Shown here in pieces: positions 27,284 through 36,468 of a stretch of 64,000 nt of DNA. The notes under the pieces were generated by a model. It worked only from the letters and a program-made list of their open reading frames with translations. It was not told where the DNA came from and made no database searches. Made by a program: the position numbers and the translations under genes. The stretch comes from Thermoanaerobaculaceae bacterium (GTDB taxonomy: Bacteria > Acidobacteriota > Thermoanaerobaculia > Thermoanaerobaculales > Thermoanaerobaculaceae), in contig DATKMD010000008.1 of the NCBI GenBank assembly GCA_035542075.1, positions 19,706 to 83,705 of the forward strand, written 5' to 3'. How positions within the stretch are numbered: position 1 is the first letter of the stretch; every line of letters starts with the position of its first letter.

Positions 27284-27925
27284 ATGCGCTGGGTGTTGGT
27301 TGCCGTGTGCTGCTTTCTGGCTGCAACGCTGGCCTTCGCTCAGGGGACGCCGAACTCGTTCGAGCTGACACCGCTCGTCGGCTATTGGTTCGGCGACCAC
27401 ATTTCAACAGCGTCGTTCGACTATGCCTACGACGACATGAGGACAGGCGATGCCACGGTGTACGGCCTCCGCGCCGCCTATCGCTTCACGCCGAACTGGG
27501 CGGTCGAAGGCTACCTCTCCCAGGCCCGCCCCGACCTCTTCGCGGGCTATGGGGGAATGCACGGCGAAACGATGAAGGTCGGGACCCTGGACACGACAAC
27601 CGCCGAGGTGAACATGGAGGTCGCCTTCGGCCATAGCAGGTTCGTCCCGTTCCTCGGGTTCGGTGTGGGCGCGATGCGCCTCGACCCACACTACACAGTC
27701 GGGGGCGTCAGCGGCGGTTATGCGCAGACGGAATTCGTTGGTGACTTCGGTGTCGGGTTCAAGATCTTCTTCAACCCGAAAGTCGCCCTGCGCTTCGACT
27801 GGCGCGGGCACAGCGTTGACTTCAACCATTACGACAGCTGCGACTGGGACTACGGCGGCTGCTACTACGGGTACGACTGGGTGACGTTCACGGAGCTCTC
27901 ACTGGGCGTGACCTTCGTATTCTAG
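27284..27925 (+). CDS. Outer-membrane beta-barrel protein (OmpW/OprF-N-like small porin family)
   Basis: Signal peptide ending AFAQG, alternating aromatic/Gly beta-strand pattern, and C-terminal LSLGVTFVF with terminal Phe. Confidence 0.6.
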   Translation: MRWVLVAVCCFLAATLAFAQGTPNSFELTPLVGYWFGDHISTASFDYAYDDMRTGDATVYGLRAAYRFTPNWAVEGYLSQARPDLFAGYGGMHGETMKVGTLDTTTAEVNMEVAFGHSRFVPFLGFGVGAMRLDPHYTVGGVSGGYAQTEFVGDFGVGFKIFFNPKVALRFDWRGHSVDFNHYDSCDWDYGGCYYGYDWVTFTELSLGVTFVF

Positions 27926-27931
27926 GGCCGG

Positions 27932-28861
27932 ATGCAGCTGAGACGCCCGTCGCGCTGGCTGCTGCCTTTCCTGGCGACGGCCGTGGTCCTGGCCAGTCCC
28001 GCTCTGTGCGAGGACACACCCGAAAGGAAGGATTCGTTCAGCGCGTCTGCCGAGGTCTCCTCGATCTTGGTCCCGGTCACCGTGCGGGACGGCAAGGGCA
28101 GGCTCATCTCGAATCTTGAAAAGGACCGTTTCCACCTCCTGGTGGACGACATGGAGTTCCCGATCAGGTCGTTCTGGCGCGAGGGGGGCCTGCCGATCTC
28201 CTATGCCTTTGTCGTCGACACATCCGGCTCGATGAACGGGCGGCGTCTCGCGAGAACCAGGGATGCGGTCATGGAATTCGTGAGGCAGCTGCGCCCGGCC
28301 GACGAGGCCTGTCTGATCACCTTCGGGGCCGGCGACGTCAAGAGGCGACTGTCCTTTGGGACCGATCCCGGGCTCCTCGGGCGTATTCTCGAATCGCTCC
28401 GGGGCTACGGGACGACGGCGCTTTACGACATGTTGACCGCCGCTCCGCAGGCCATGGAAGGGGCCCACAACATTCGGCGAGTCGTTCTCCTGTTCACTGA
28501 CGGCGTGGACACCGCTTCGGCCTTCACCCCGGGTGACGCCTTGGCGGTTCTGGAGGGACTCGCGGACCCCCTGTACGCTCTCGGGATCGAGCCACCGCCG
28601 CCGGAGGAGGGTTCTCCGGAAAGCTATGAGGCGCTGTTGGAGAAGTTCGCCACAGCCTCGGGAGGTCGGTACATCCGGGTTGATAACGCCGCCAAGCTTC
28701 CGAGGTTCGCCAAGGATCTGAGAGGGGAGCTTGCGATGCGCTACATCATCACCTTCCAGCCCTCGGGCCTCGGTTCGGTGAAGTGGCGCAGGCTGGAGGT
28801 GAAGGTGGATGGGGGATACGGGGCCATGTCCAGGCAGGGGTACAGGGGAACATTGCCTTGA
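27932..28861 (+). CDS. VWFA-related (acidobacterial-type) von Willebrand factor A domain protein
   Basis: Signal peptide, VPVTVRDGKGRLISNLEKDRFHLLVDD pre-domain, and MIDAS FVVDTSGSMNG. Confidence 0.8.
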   Translation: MQLRRPSRWLLPFLATAVVLASPALCEDTPERKDSFSASAEVSSILVPVTVRDGKGRLISNLEKDRFHLLVDDMEFPIRSFWREGGLPISYAFVVDTSGSMNGRRLARTRDAVMEFVRQLRPADEACLITFGAGDVKRRLSFGTDPGLLGRILESLRGYGTTALYDMLTAAPQAMEGAHNIRRVVLLFTDGVDTASAFTPGDALAVLEGLADPLYALGIEPPPPEEGSPESYEALLEKFATASGGRYIRVDNAAKLPRFAKDLRGELAMRYIITFQPSGLGSVKWRRLEVKVDGGYGAMSRQGYRGTLP

Positions 28862-28878
28862 TTTGGGCCGGCGGGGCC

Positions 28879-28909
28879 TTGACAGACGGTGAGTGAACTG
28901 TGATATAAG
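28879..28909 (+). promoter_or_regulatory. Putative strong sigma70-type promoter of the Lpp-like/OmpA lipoprotein gene
   Basis: TTGACA (28879-28884), 19-nt spacer containing TG, then TATAAG (28904-28909). A GGGAGG RBS lies near 28961. Confidence 0.45.
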
Positions 28910-28972
28910 GGCCCCCTGGAGCGAAAGCGAACCATTTAACCGGGTGATTAGGGAGCAAAGGGAGGAATTGCC

Positions 28973-29614
28973 ATGAGAAAGTCGCTGTTGGTTGTGCTCG
29001 CGGTGGGGCTGGTCGTCACGCTGGGTGTGACCGGCTGCGCCACCAAGACCTATGTCCAGGAGCAGGTGGCCGCCGCCTCGAAGGTTCAGGACACCAAGAT
29101 CGGTGAGGTGCAGAAGCAGGTTGAAGCCACGCAGATGGACGTGACGAACCTGAAGAAGTCCGACGCGATGCAGAACGATCAGCTCGCCAAGCTGTCGGAC
29201 ACGGCCAAGGACGCCCTCAACCGCGCCAACGAGGCCAACAAGCTGGCCAACCACTCGTTCCTGTACGAGGTCACGCTCACGGACGATGCGGTCCACTTCG
29301 GCTTCAACCGGAGCGACCTGTCCGCTGACGCCAAGGCTGCCCTCGACGCCTTTGCGAAGCGCGTCAAGGACGAGAACAAGAACGTCTACATCGAGATCCA
29401 GGGCCACACCGACGGCGTCGGTTCTGACGAGTACAACGTCACGCTCGGTCAGGCCCGCGCCGAGGCCGTCATGCGCTACCTCGTGATGCAGCAGGGCTTC
29501 CCCATGCATCGCTTGAGCGCCGTCTCCTACGGCAAGTTCAAGCCGATCGCAGACAACAAGACCGCCGAGGGCCGCGCCAAGAACCGGCGCGTCACCCTGG
29601 TTGTGATGTTCTGA
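28973..29614 (+). CDS. Lipoprotein with Lpp-like coiled coil and C-terminal OmpA peptidoglycan-binding domain
   Basis: Lipobox LGVTGC. A heptad-rich 80-aa segment. IEIQGHTDGVGSDEYNVTLGQARAEAVMRYL and NRRV. Confidence 0.85.
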   Translation: MRKSLLVVLAVGLVVTLGVTGCATKTYVQEQVAAASKVQDTKIGEVQKQVEATQMDVTNLKKSDAMQNDQLAKLSDTAKDALNRANEANKLANHSFLYEVTLTDDAVHFGFNRSDLSADAKAALDAFAKRVKDENKNVYIEIQGHTDGVGSDEYNVTLGQARAEAVMRYLVMQQGFPMHRLSAVSYGKFKPIADNKTAEGRAKNRRVTLVVMF

Positions 29615-29639
29615 GTCCTGACTCCTCTTTGTACTCTTC

Positions 29640-29675
29640 GCGCCCCGGGGCTTTCCCCGGGGCGCTTTGTTTCTT
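29640..29675 (+). terminator. Rho-independent terminator
   Basis: GCGCCCCGGGG-cttt-CCCCGGGGCGC followed by TTTGTTTCTT. Confidence 0.8.
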
Positions 29676-29842
29676 GGCCCCGCGCCGGCAGGCCGGTCCT
29701 CCCCTTTCCCTGCTTGCCAATGGGGGACTGTCAAGGAGTGGGGAAGCGCCAAACCCGCTCCTGTTGGGCTTTGCCACGTTCCTGGCGGGGCCCGAGAGGC
29801 ACGTGGGGTTATCATATTAGCAGGAGCGGTTGGAGGTGCTCG

Positions 29843-30715
29843 GTGAAGAGACTGACAGTGCTCGTGATGGCGTTCATGCTGGCCGGGGAGGCCTGGGCTG
29901 CCACCGTCGTTCTCACCGGGGGTAAGCGACTCGAGGTTGCGAGCTTCAACGTGAGCGGCAGCTACGTCACCGTTCAGTACGCGAACGGTCGCCGCGAGTC
30001 CTACCCGCTCTCCGCCGTTGACTTGACGGCCACCCGTCAGGCGAGCGGGGAGAAGCCCGCGACCGCGCCGGCGACCGAGCCGGGCGGACCGCACAGCCCC
30101 TTCCTGGGGGCAAGGGCATCCGCAGCGAGCGGGGCCCTGATCGTGACCGACGCGGACGTGAGTCACGTCGAGGCGGCGGAAGGCGAGCCGGAGGCCAAGG
30201 AGAAAGAGGCAGCATCCGAGGCGGGCGGCCAGGTCGCGCTGCTGAGCTACGAGAAGAAGAGGGTGTCGGAGAGCGAGTGGGAGATCTCGGCGACGGTCGT
30301 CAACCAGTGCAAGAACCCGGTTCAGGCCGTGAGCGCCTCCATGAGGATGCTCGACAACCAGGGCAAGTCGGTCGCTTCCGGGTCAGGGACGCTCGCCGGG
30401 AAGCTCGAACCCGGAAAGCAGGGAACGATCACGGCCAAGGTGACCTTCGGGGGTGAGCCGACGCAGGTGGCCTTCGACCTGACCTGGCAGGAGATCCTTC
30501 CGCCCCCGAAGCCGGTCGGGACCCCCGCACCCGCGGCTGCACCCTCGGGGGCTCAGGCGCCCCCGGCGCAGGCGGCCGCCCCGGCCCAGCAGGGTTGGTC
30601 GAGGCCCGCCGGCTCATCGCCCAACACGTTACCGTCCAACCTGATGGCGGTCCCGCCGCCAAATGTCCTGGGCTCGCCGGGGCAGGTGCCGCCCCCGGAG
30701 CCCAAGCAGCCTTAG
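29843..30715 (+). CDS. Hypothetical secreted protein with Pro/Ala/Gln-rich C-terminus
   Basis: GTG start after a GGAGG RBS. Signal peptide LTVLVMAFMLAGEAWA. No family recognised. Confidence 0.5.
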   Translation: MKRLTVLVMAFMLAGEAWAATVVLTGGKRLEVASFNVSGSYVTVQYANGRRESYPLSAVDLTATRQASGEKPATAPATEPGGPHSPFLGARASAASGALIVTDADVSHVEAAEGEPEAKEKEAASEAGGQVALLSYEKKRVSESEWEISATVVNQCKNPVQAVSASMRMLDNQGKSVASGSGTLAGKLEPGKQGTITAKVTFGGEPTQVAFDLTWQEILPPPKPVGTPAPAAAPSGAQAPPAQAAAPAQQGWSRPAGSSPNTLPSNLMAVPPPNVLGSPGQVPPPEPKQP

Positions 30716-30745
30716 GCGCGGCTCGCTCCCCGGCGGCCGGCTCAC

Positions 30746-32797
30746 CTACGCTTCGGCCCTGGCGCGCCGAGCGTCCACGTACATGTAGGCCACGAGCCCC
30801 ACGTAGAAGAGAAGCGCCAGCAACTCGGCCCCCGACCCCGCCGCATTCTTGAAGAGGTTCACGCCGAGGTCGACCTGCACCGGCCAGTGGAACCAGGGAA
30901 TCACGAACCCCTGCTTTAGAAACGCCAGGAACGCCGCCACCACGCCCATCACGGCTCCCCCGGCGATGAAACCGGAGGCGATCAGGGTTCCGCGACTGCT
31001 CCGCGCCTGTGCCAGCTTCTCGTCCCCGTTCGCCGACTTGGCCACGAAGTGCGCCACCAACCCCCCGACCAGCAGCGGAGTCGTCAGCTGCTGCGGGAGA
31101 TACATGCCGAGGGCGAAGGGGAGGGCGGGCACCTTGACCATCTGCAGGACCAGAATCAGCAGCGCTCCCACCCCGTAGAGGAGCCAGGGTACCGGCTGGT
31201 CGGACATCAGGGTCTGGATAACCGCGGCCATGGCGTTGGCCTGCGGGGCCTCGAGGGGTGTGGGCGTCGCAGGAGTCTGCACGAAGCCATAGACCTTGTT
31301 GAGGAGGAGGATCACCGACCCGACCGTGAGCGCCGCGGCGAGACTGCCGAGCATCTTGGAGCGCTCCTGGACGGCCGGCGTCGCGCCCGTCCAGTAGCCG
31401 ATCTTGAGGTCCGTGACGAAGCCGCCGACCGTTGAGAGCGCCGTGCACACGACGCCGCCGATCATGAGCGCGGCGAGCATTCCAGCGTTGCCGGTGAGGC
31501 CGACGGCAACCAGGATCACTGAAGCGAGGATCAGCGTCATCAAGGTCATGCCGGAAACCGGGTTCGACCCGACCGTGGCGATCGCCTGGGCCGAGACCGT
31601 CGTGAACAGGAACGTGATCACCAGCACCACAAGAAGCGCGATCACCGAGAGGCCGAGGTAGTTGGGCTGCTGTCGAAGCACCCCGAAGGCGAAGAAGAGG
31701 AGCATCACGACCGCCATCACCAGGATGCCACTCAGCACGGTCTTCATCGGCAGGTCGCGGTCGGTGCGCTCCGCCTGCACCGTCTCGGCCCCCTTCTTCC
31801 CGAGCAGCTCCTTGAACCCCAGCCCGAAGGCGGAGGCGATGATGCGCCAGCTGCGCAGGATGCCGAGCAGCCCGGCGCACGCGATACCCCCGATGCCGAT
31901 GAGCCGCACGTAGTTGCGGAAGATCTGGTCGGCGCTCATCCCGGAGATCAGGCTTCCACCGACGCTGGCCCCGAGCGGCACGGTCAGGCCGTCTCCAACC
32001 CAGCCGAAGAGCGGAACCAGAAGGAACCACGAGATGAAAGAGCCCGCGCAGATCACCGCCGAGTAGCGCAGGCCGATGATGTAGCCCAGCCCGAGGACCG
32101 ACGCGAGGACGTCGAGCTTGAACACCAGCTTCGCCTTCGACGCCAGGCCTGCCAGGAACGAAACCGACCGCGTGGTGAAGACCTCTGCGAACGCCGAGAA
32201 GTGGATCACCAGGAAGTCGAACACCCCCCCGATCGCGGCGGCCACCGCGAGGACAACCGCCTGCTGGCCACCCGATTCCCCGGCCACCAGCACCTCGGTG
32301 GTCGCTGTCGCTTCCGGGAAGGGGAGCTCGCCGTGCATCTCCTTGACGAAGTAGCGTCGGAGAGGAATCAGGAACAGGACGCCGAGGATGCCGCCGAAGA
32401 GGGCAACCAGGAAGAGCTTGAAGAGGTCGACGGGCAGGCCGATGATGAACAGCGCCGGGAGCGTGAAGATCGAGCCCGCCACGATCAGCCCGGAGGCGGC
32501 CCCGATGGACTGGATGATCACGTTCTCGAGGATCGTGGAGCGCCGCTTGAGCGTGACCCCGATCCCGACGGCAAGGATCGCGATCGGAATCGCGGCCTCG
32601 AACACCTGCCCGACCTTGAAGCCGAGGAACGCGGCCGCGGCCGAGAAGACGACCGCCATGACAAGGCCGATCGCCACCGACCTGCCCGTCCACTCCGGCA
32701 CGCGGTCCGCGGCCGGGACCACCGGCACGTAGCGCTCGCCCGGCTTCAGGGGGCGGTAGGCATTCTCGGGCAGCGTGCGGCGGGTGTCGGTCTCCAT
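30746..32797 (-). CDS. OPT-family oligopeptide transporter
   Basis: About 683 aa and polytopic (more than 14 hydrophobic helices). The N-terminal [12 protein letters not shown]...[19 protein letters not shown] resembles OPT signature regions. Start at METDTRR. Confidence 0.8.
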   Translation of the reverse strand: METDTRRTLPENAYRPLKPGERYVPVVPAADRVPEWTGRSVAIGLVMAVVFSAAAAFLGFKVGQVFEAAIPIAILAVGIGVTLKRRSTILENVIIQSIGAASGLIVAGSIFTLPALFIIGLPVDLFKLFLVALFGGILGVLFLIPLRRYFVKEMHGELPFPEATATTEVLVAGESGGQQAVVLAVAAAIGGVFDFLVIHFSAFAEVFTTRSVSFLAGLASKAKLVFKLDVLASVLGLGYIIGLRYSAVICAGSFISWFLLVPLFGWVGDGLTVPLGASVGGSLISGMSADQIFRNYVRLIGIGGIACAGLLGILRSWRIIASAFGLGFKELLGKKGAETVQAERTDRDLPMKTVLSGILVMAVVMLLFFAFGVLRQQPNYLGLSVIALLVVLVITFLFTTVSAQAIATVGSNPVSGMTLMTLILASVILVAVGLTGNAGMLAALMIGGVVCTALSTVGGFVTDLKIGYWTGATPAVQERSKMLGSLAAALTVGSVILLLNKVYGFVQTPATPTPLEAPQANAMAAVIQTLMSDQPVPWLLYGVGALLILVLQMVKVPALPFALGMYLPQQLTTPLLVGGLVAHFVAKSANGDEKLAQARSSRGTLIASGFIAGGAVMGVVAAFLAFLKQGFVIPWFHWPVQVDLGVNLFKNAAGSGAELLALLFYVGLVAYMYVDARRARAEA

Positions 32798-32926
32798 GGT
32801 GGTTTTCCTCCCCTTCGGGGCAAACGGCGGGAGCTTACGGGCGAGACGAAGCGAAATCAAGCGAATCCTGACCACTTGTGGAGCCGCCGCTCGCCGGCGA
32901 TACTACGTCCGGAGGGCGTGGGGGGA

Positions 32927-33328
32927 GTGCGGGTACCGAAGAGAATCCTGGTTGCGAAGCCCGGCCTCGATGGCCACGACCGCGGCGCGAAAGTCGTGGC
33001 GCGAGCCCTGCGCGACGCCGGTTTCGAGGTGATCTACACGGGCCTGCGCCAGACTCCGGAGCAGATCGCCCAGGCGGCCGTGCAGGAGGATGTGGACGCG
33101 GTCGGGCTGTCCAGCCTCTCTGGCGCCCACCGGGAGCTGTTCCCCGCGGTCGTTCGGGCTTTGCGTGCCTCGGGGGCGGCCGACGTGCCGGTCTTCGGCG
33201 GCGGAGTCATCCCTCGAGAGGACATCGAGTTGCTCCAGAAGCAGGGGATCGAGCGCATCTTCCCGCCCGGAACGGATACCGGCGAGATCGTTGCCTACCT
33301 GAGGAGCCGCCTCGGAATCGGTGAGTGA
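32927..33328 (+). CDS. Stand-alone cobalamin (B12)-binding domain protein (methylmalonyl-CoA mutase small/C-terminal domain type)
   Basis: [19 protein letters not shown] (DxHxxG), SSLSG and FGGGVIP. GTG start 10 nt after GGAGGG. Confidence 0.85.
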   Translation: MRVPKRILVAKPGLDGHDRGAKVVARALRDAGFEVIYTGLRQTPEQIAQAAVQEDVDAVGLSSLSGAHRELFPAVVRALRASGAADVPVFGGGVIPREDIELLQKQGIERIFPPGTDTGEIVAYLRSRLGIGE

Positions 33329-33393
33329 CGAGCGGCGCCGGGCGGGGTGTCTGGGGGCCCCGTCGTCTGGACGGTGCGCCGCGCTTGCGCAGG

Positions 33394-34479
33394 TCAGGGA
33401 GCCTCTCTGACGCTCTTTCCGGTGACGCGGATCTCCCCGCGGCCCACCAGCTGACCCTCACCGGTCCACACCTCGACCCGGTAAAGGCCGGGGGCGAACC
33501 CCTCCGGGCCGCTGCGAATCGCCTCCCAGATGCGAAAGCCGCGGCGGTGGGCAACCAGGCCCAGCGTCCTCGAGGTCCTCAAGATCCTTCCGTCGTGCAG
33601 GAACCTCAACCGCAGGCGGACGGGAAGTCTGCCCGGTGAGAAAATCGTGGCGCGCACCACCAGCCGTCCCTGCCCGAGCTCCGCCGCTGGCACGGCGCGG
33701 CCAAGCTCGTGGTCGAGCTGCAACGTCACGGGGTTGATGCCGGTCGCGAAGCTCATCGAACTCAAGCGCAACGGCACGGGCGGCATGAGTGCGCGGCCCA
33801 CCTTGAGCACCCCGATGACGAGAGCGAGCGCGAGGGCGATGAGCGCCAGCCTCCGGCCCTGGCGCAGCTCCTGCCAGGAGTACGCGACCGGGAGCGCAGC
33901 GGCGAACGCGAGCACCGCAGCGATGTAGGCGCCGTTGTGGATCTGGACGTGGAAAACGAGGGGCACGAAGAACTGGAGGGCGGAGTACGTCACGACCGCG
34001 AAGAAGCCGACGGCGAAGGGTCGGGTGTTCCGGAGGAGCCGGTCAAAGATCATATCGAAGCAGGACAGGACCGCAAGAGCCGCGAGAAGGACCACGTACC
34101 CGCTGTTCCACGACGGGAAGGTCGTTGAGTAGAAGTAGAACGGCAGGAGGAAGAACAGCGTCTCCTGGTACATCACCCGCGTGAGGTACGAGACGAAACC
34201 GTGCGCGAACCGGAGCCTCGCGGAGTCCCTGCCGACCGCGAAACGGGAGAAGAAGAGGGTCGACGCCCATGTGAGAGTGAGGAACAGGACGACCCACGGG
34301 AGGAAACCGTAGCGGTTGTGAGCGAGCACCAGGACGACGCCACCGGTGAAGAGCGCCCAGGCGGAGTGCGCGGCCCAGAACAAACGCGCGTAACGTTGAT
34401 AGAGCCCCATGCCGAGCGCCAGAGTGCGGTCACGCTTCGCGCGGATGCGCTCGTGCCAGGGGAAGGCGTTCGGTGCCAT
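33394..34479 (-). CDS. Polytopic membrane protein with a C-terminal soluble beta-rich domain (possibly DUF2914-like)
   Basis: About 8 hydrophobic helices, then a ~110-aa hydrophilic tail (GRLVVRATIFSPGRLPVRLRLRFLHDG...YRVEVWTGEGQLVG). The family call is from memory only. Confidence 0.5.
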   Translation of the reverse strand: MAPNAFPWHERIRAKRDRTLALGMGLYQRYARLFWAAHSAWALFTGGVVLVLAHNRYGFLPWVVLFLTLTWASTLFFSRFAVGRDSARLRFAHGFVSYLTRVMYQETLFFLLPFYFYSTTFPSWNSGYVVLLAALAVLSCFDMIFDRLLRNTRPFAVGFFAVVTYSALQFFVPLVFHVQIHNGAYIAAVLAFAAALPVAYSWQELRQGRRLALIALALALVIGVLKVGRALMPPVPLRLSSMSFATGINPVTLQLDHELGRAVPAAELGQGRLVVRATIFSPGRLPVRLRLRFLHDGRILRTSRTLGLVAHRRGFRIWEAIRSGPEGFAPGLYRVEVWTGEGQLVGRGEIRVTGKSVREAP

Positions 34480-35699
34480 CGCGGTGCATTCTAGCTGCTG
34501 GCGAGCGTCGGGTGGGGATCCGGGCTACACTTCGCATCGTGGCAAGCGACCTCACCTCCGGCCTGACCAACTGGGTCGAGGTCTCTCGCGGCGCGCTGGA
34601 GCACAACCTCGCCCTCTTCCGACGCCTCCTCAAGCCTGGGACGGGGATCCTCGCCGTGGTCAAGGCCAACGCGTACGGTCACGGTCTCGAGCAGGTCGCT
34701 CCCCTGTGCGTTTCCGCCGGGGTCGAGATGCTGGGCGTCCACACCGCGGACGAGGTCGCGTCGCTCCGTCGGATGGGGATCGGCATTCCGATCATGGTCA
34801 TGGGATATCTGGCACCCGGACAGGTGGCCGAGGTCGTGGATCGCGACGTCCACGTTCTGGTCTCCTCGTACCAGGTCCTCGACGCGCTGGCGGCGCGCGC
34901 TCGCGCGCTCGCAGCCCCCCTGAACGTGCACGTGAAGGTTGACACCGGGACCCACCGCCAGGGCGTGGACCCGGCCGAGGCCGTGAAGCTCGCTCTTGCC
35001 GCGCGCGAGGCGGGACTCACGGTCGCGGGGATCGCCACCCACTTCGCCAACATCGAGGACACCACCGACCACAGCTACGCGTACCTCCAGCTCGAGCGGT
35101 TCCGCGGTGCGGTCGCCGCCGTGCAGGAGCGAATAGGCCCGGTCAAGTGGGTCCACGCGGCGTGCTCCGCCGCCGCACTTCTCTTCCGCGAGGCGGACTT
35201 CGGCATGGTGCGCGTGGGGATCTCCCTCTACGGTCACTGGCCGTCGAAGGAGACCCATCTCTCCTGGCTTCTCGAGCACGGCCGCGACGGCGTGAAACTC
35301 GAGCCCGTCCTGGCGTGGCGTGCGCGCGTGGGTCAGGTGAAGGAAGTAGAGGTGGGGGCGCCGATAGGCTACGGACTGACCTACCGCCCGACCCGCACCA
35401 GCCGTATCGCGGTGTTGCCGGTAGGGTACTCGGAGGGGTATCCGCGGGCACTGTCCAGCCGCAGCAGGGTCCTCATTGCCGGCCGCCCTGCGCCGGTGGT
35501 CGGCCGCGTCTGCATGAACATCTTCATGGTGGACGTCACCGACATCCCCGGCGTACGGGACGGCGATGTGGCCACCCTGATCGGCACCGACGGGGACGAG
35601 CGCATCTCCGCAGAAGAGCTCGCCGAGAACGCCGGCACGATCAACTACGAGATCCTGGCGCGCCTCTCGCCCTTGCTGCCCCGGATCGTAGTGGAATAG
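34473..35699 (+). CDS. alr: Alanine racemase
   Basis: PLP lysine motif AVVKANAYGHG. A GTG at 34539 is the more likely start, because ATG 34473 would overlap the divergent gene. Confidence 0.9.
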   Translation: MPSRCILAAGERRVGIRATLRIVASDLTSGLTNWVEVSRGALEHNLALFRRLLKPGTGILAVVKANAYGHGLEQVAPLCVSAGVEMLGVHTADEVASLRRMGIGIPIMVMGYLAPGQVAEVVDRDVHVLVSSYQVLDALAARARALAAPLNVHVKVDTGTHRQGVDPAEAVKLALAAREAGLTVAGIATHFANIEDTTDHSYAYLQLERFRGAVAAVQERIGPVKWVHAACSAAALLFREADFGMVRVGISLYGHWPSKETHLSWLLEHGRDGVKLEPVLAWRARVGQVKEVEVGAPIGYGLTYRPTRTSRIAVLPVGYSEGYPRALSSRSRVLIAGRPAPVVGRVCMNIFMVDVTDIPGVRDGDVATLIGTDGDERISAEELAENAGTINYEILARLSPLLPRIVVE

Positions 35700-35709
35700 C
35701 TATCATTCA

Positions 35710-36468
35710 ATGGTGCAGCTCGATACCCTCCGACAACTGCTGCGGCGCGTCGCCCGGGGCGAGATCTCGCCCGAGCAGGCGGCCGAGGAGCTCGCGCACC
35801 TCCCCTACCAGGTCGGCGAGGGGTTGATGGTGGACACGCACCGGGCGCTGCGGACCGGCGAATCCGAGGCAGTGTTCTGCCAGGGCAAGAGCCCCGAGCA
35901 GGCCGCCGCCGCCTTCAGTGCCCTCGCGACCGGGGGAGGGCCTGTGCTCGCCACGCGTGCCGATGAAGGCCACGCCCGGGCGATTCTGAGAGCCGTACCG
36001 GGCGCCGTCCACCATCCCGAATCGCGAATGGTGGTTCTGCCCGGGACGCCCCGGGCGTGTGGCGAGGTCGCGGTGGTATGTGCGGGTACCTCGGACCTGC
36101 CGATCGCGGAGGAGGCCGCGGTCACGGCTGCCGCCCTCGGCGCCACCGTCACGCGCGTGCAGGACGTCGGGGTCGCCGGCCTGCACCGCGTGCTCTCGCA
36201 CGCCGAGGTGCTCAGACGCGCGGGGGTCGTGATCGTTGTCGCGGGAATGGAGGGGGCTTTGCCCTCGGTTGTGGCCGGACTGGTTTCGGCGCCGGTCGTC
36301 GCCGTTCCCACCTCCATAGGCTACGGCGCGGCTTTTGGGGGACTGGCCCCTCTGCTGGCGATGCTGAACGCGTGCGCCCCCGGCGTGGGCGTAGTGAACA
36401 TCGACAACGGCTTCGGCGCGGCCGTCATAGCCGTTCGTATCCTCCGGCGCCATGCGGAGGGGCCATGA
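35710..36468 (+). CDS. larB: LarB-type (PurE-like) nickel-pincer cofactor biosynthesis carboxylase/hydrolase
   Basis: About 120-aa N-terminal extension plus a PurE-like core: VVCAGTSDLPIAEEA and AGMEGALPSVVAGL. Confidence 0.75.
   Translation: MVQLDTLRQLLRRVARGEISPEQAAEELAHLPYQVGEGLMVDTHRALRTGESEAVFCQGKSPEQAAAAFSALATGGGPVLATRADEGHARAILRAVPGAVHHPESRMVVLPGTPRACGEVAVVCAGTSDLPIAEEAAVTAAALGATVTRVQDVGVAGLHRVLSHAEVLRRAGVVIVVAGMEGALPSVVAGLVSAPVVAVPTSIGYGAAFGGLAPLLAMLNACAPGVGVVNIDNGFGAAVIAVRILRRHAEGP

Noticed and set aside
27899-30166. 755-aa minus-strand ORF running antisense through the VWA gene, the OmpA lipoprotein gene and two intergenic regions
   Set aside because: It has the same R/G/P-rich artefact composition. 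It crosses a promoter and a terminator of the opposite strand. The plus-strand genes have signal peptides and clear domain motifs.
30429-32693. 754-aa minus-strand ORF in an alternative frame of the OPT transporter gene
   Set aside because: The frame at 30746-32797 gives a coherent polytopic membrane protein. This frame gives Arg/Gly/Pro-rich nonsense.
32798-32926. Possible cobalamin riboswitch upstream of the B12-binding domain gene
   Set aside because: No B12-box-like sequence or multi-stem architecture is visible in the 130-nt spacer. There is only a short CCCC-uucg-GGGG hairpin that belongs to the OPT gene leader on the other strand.
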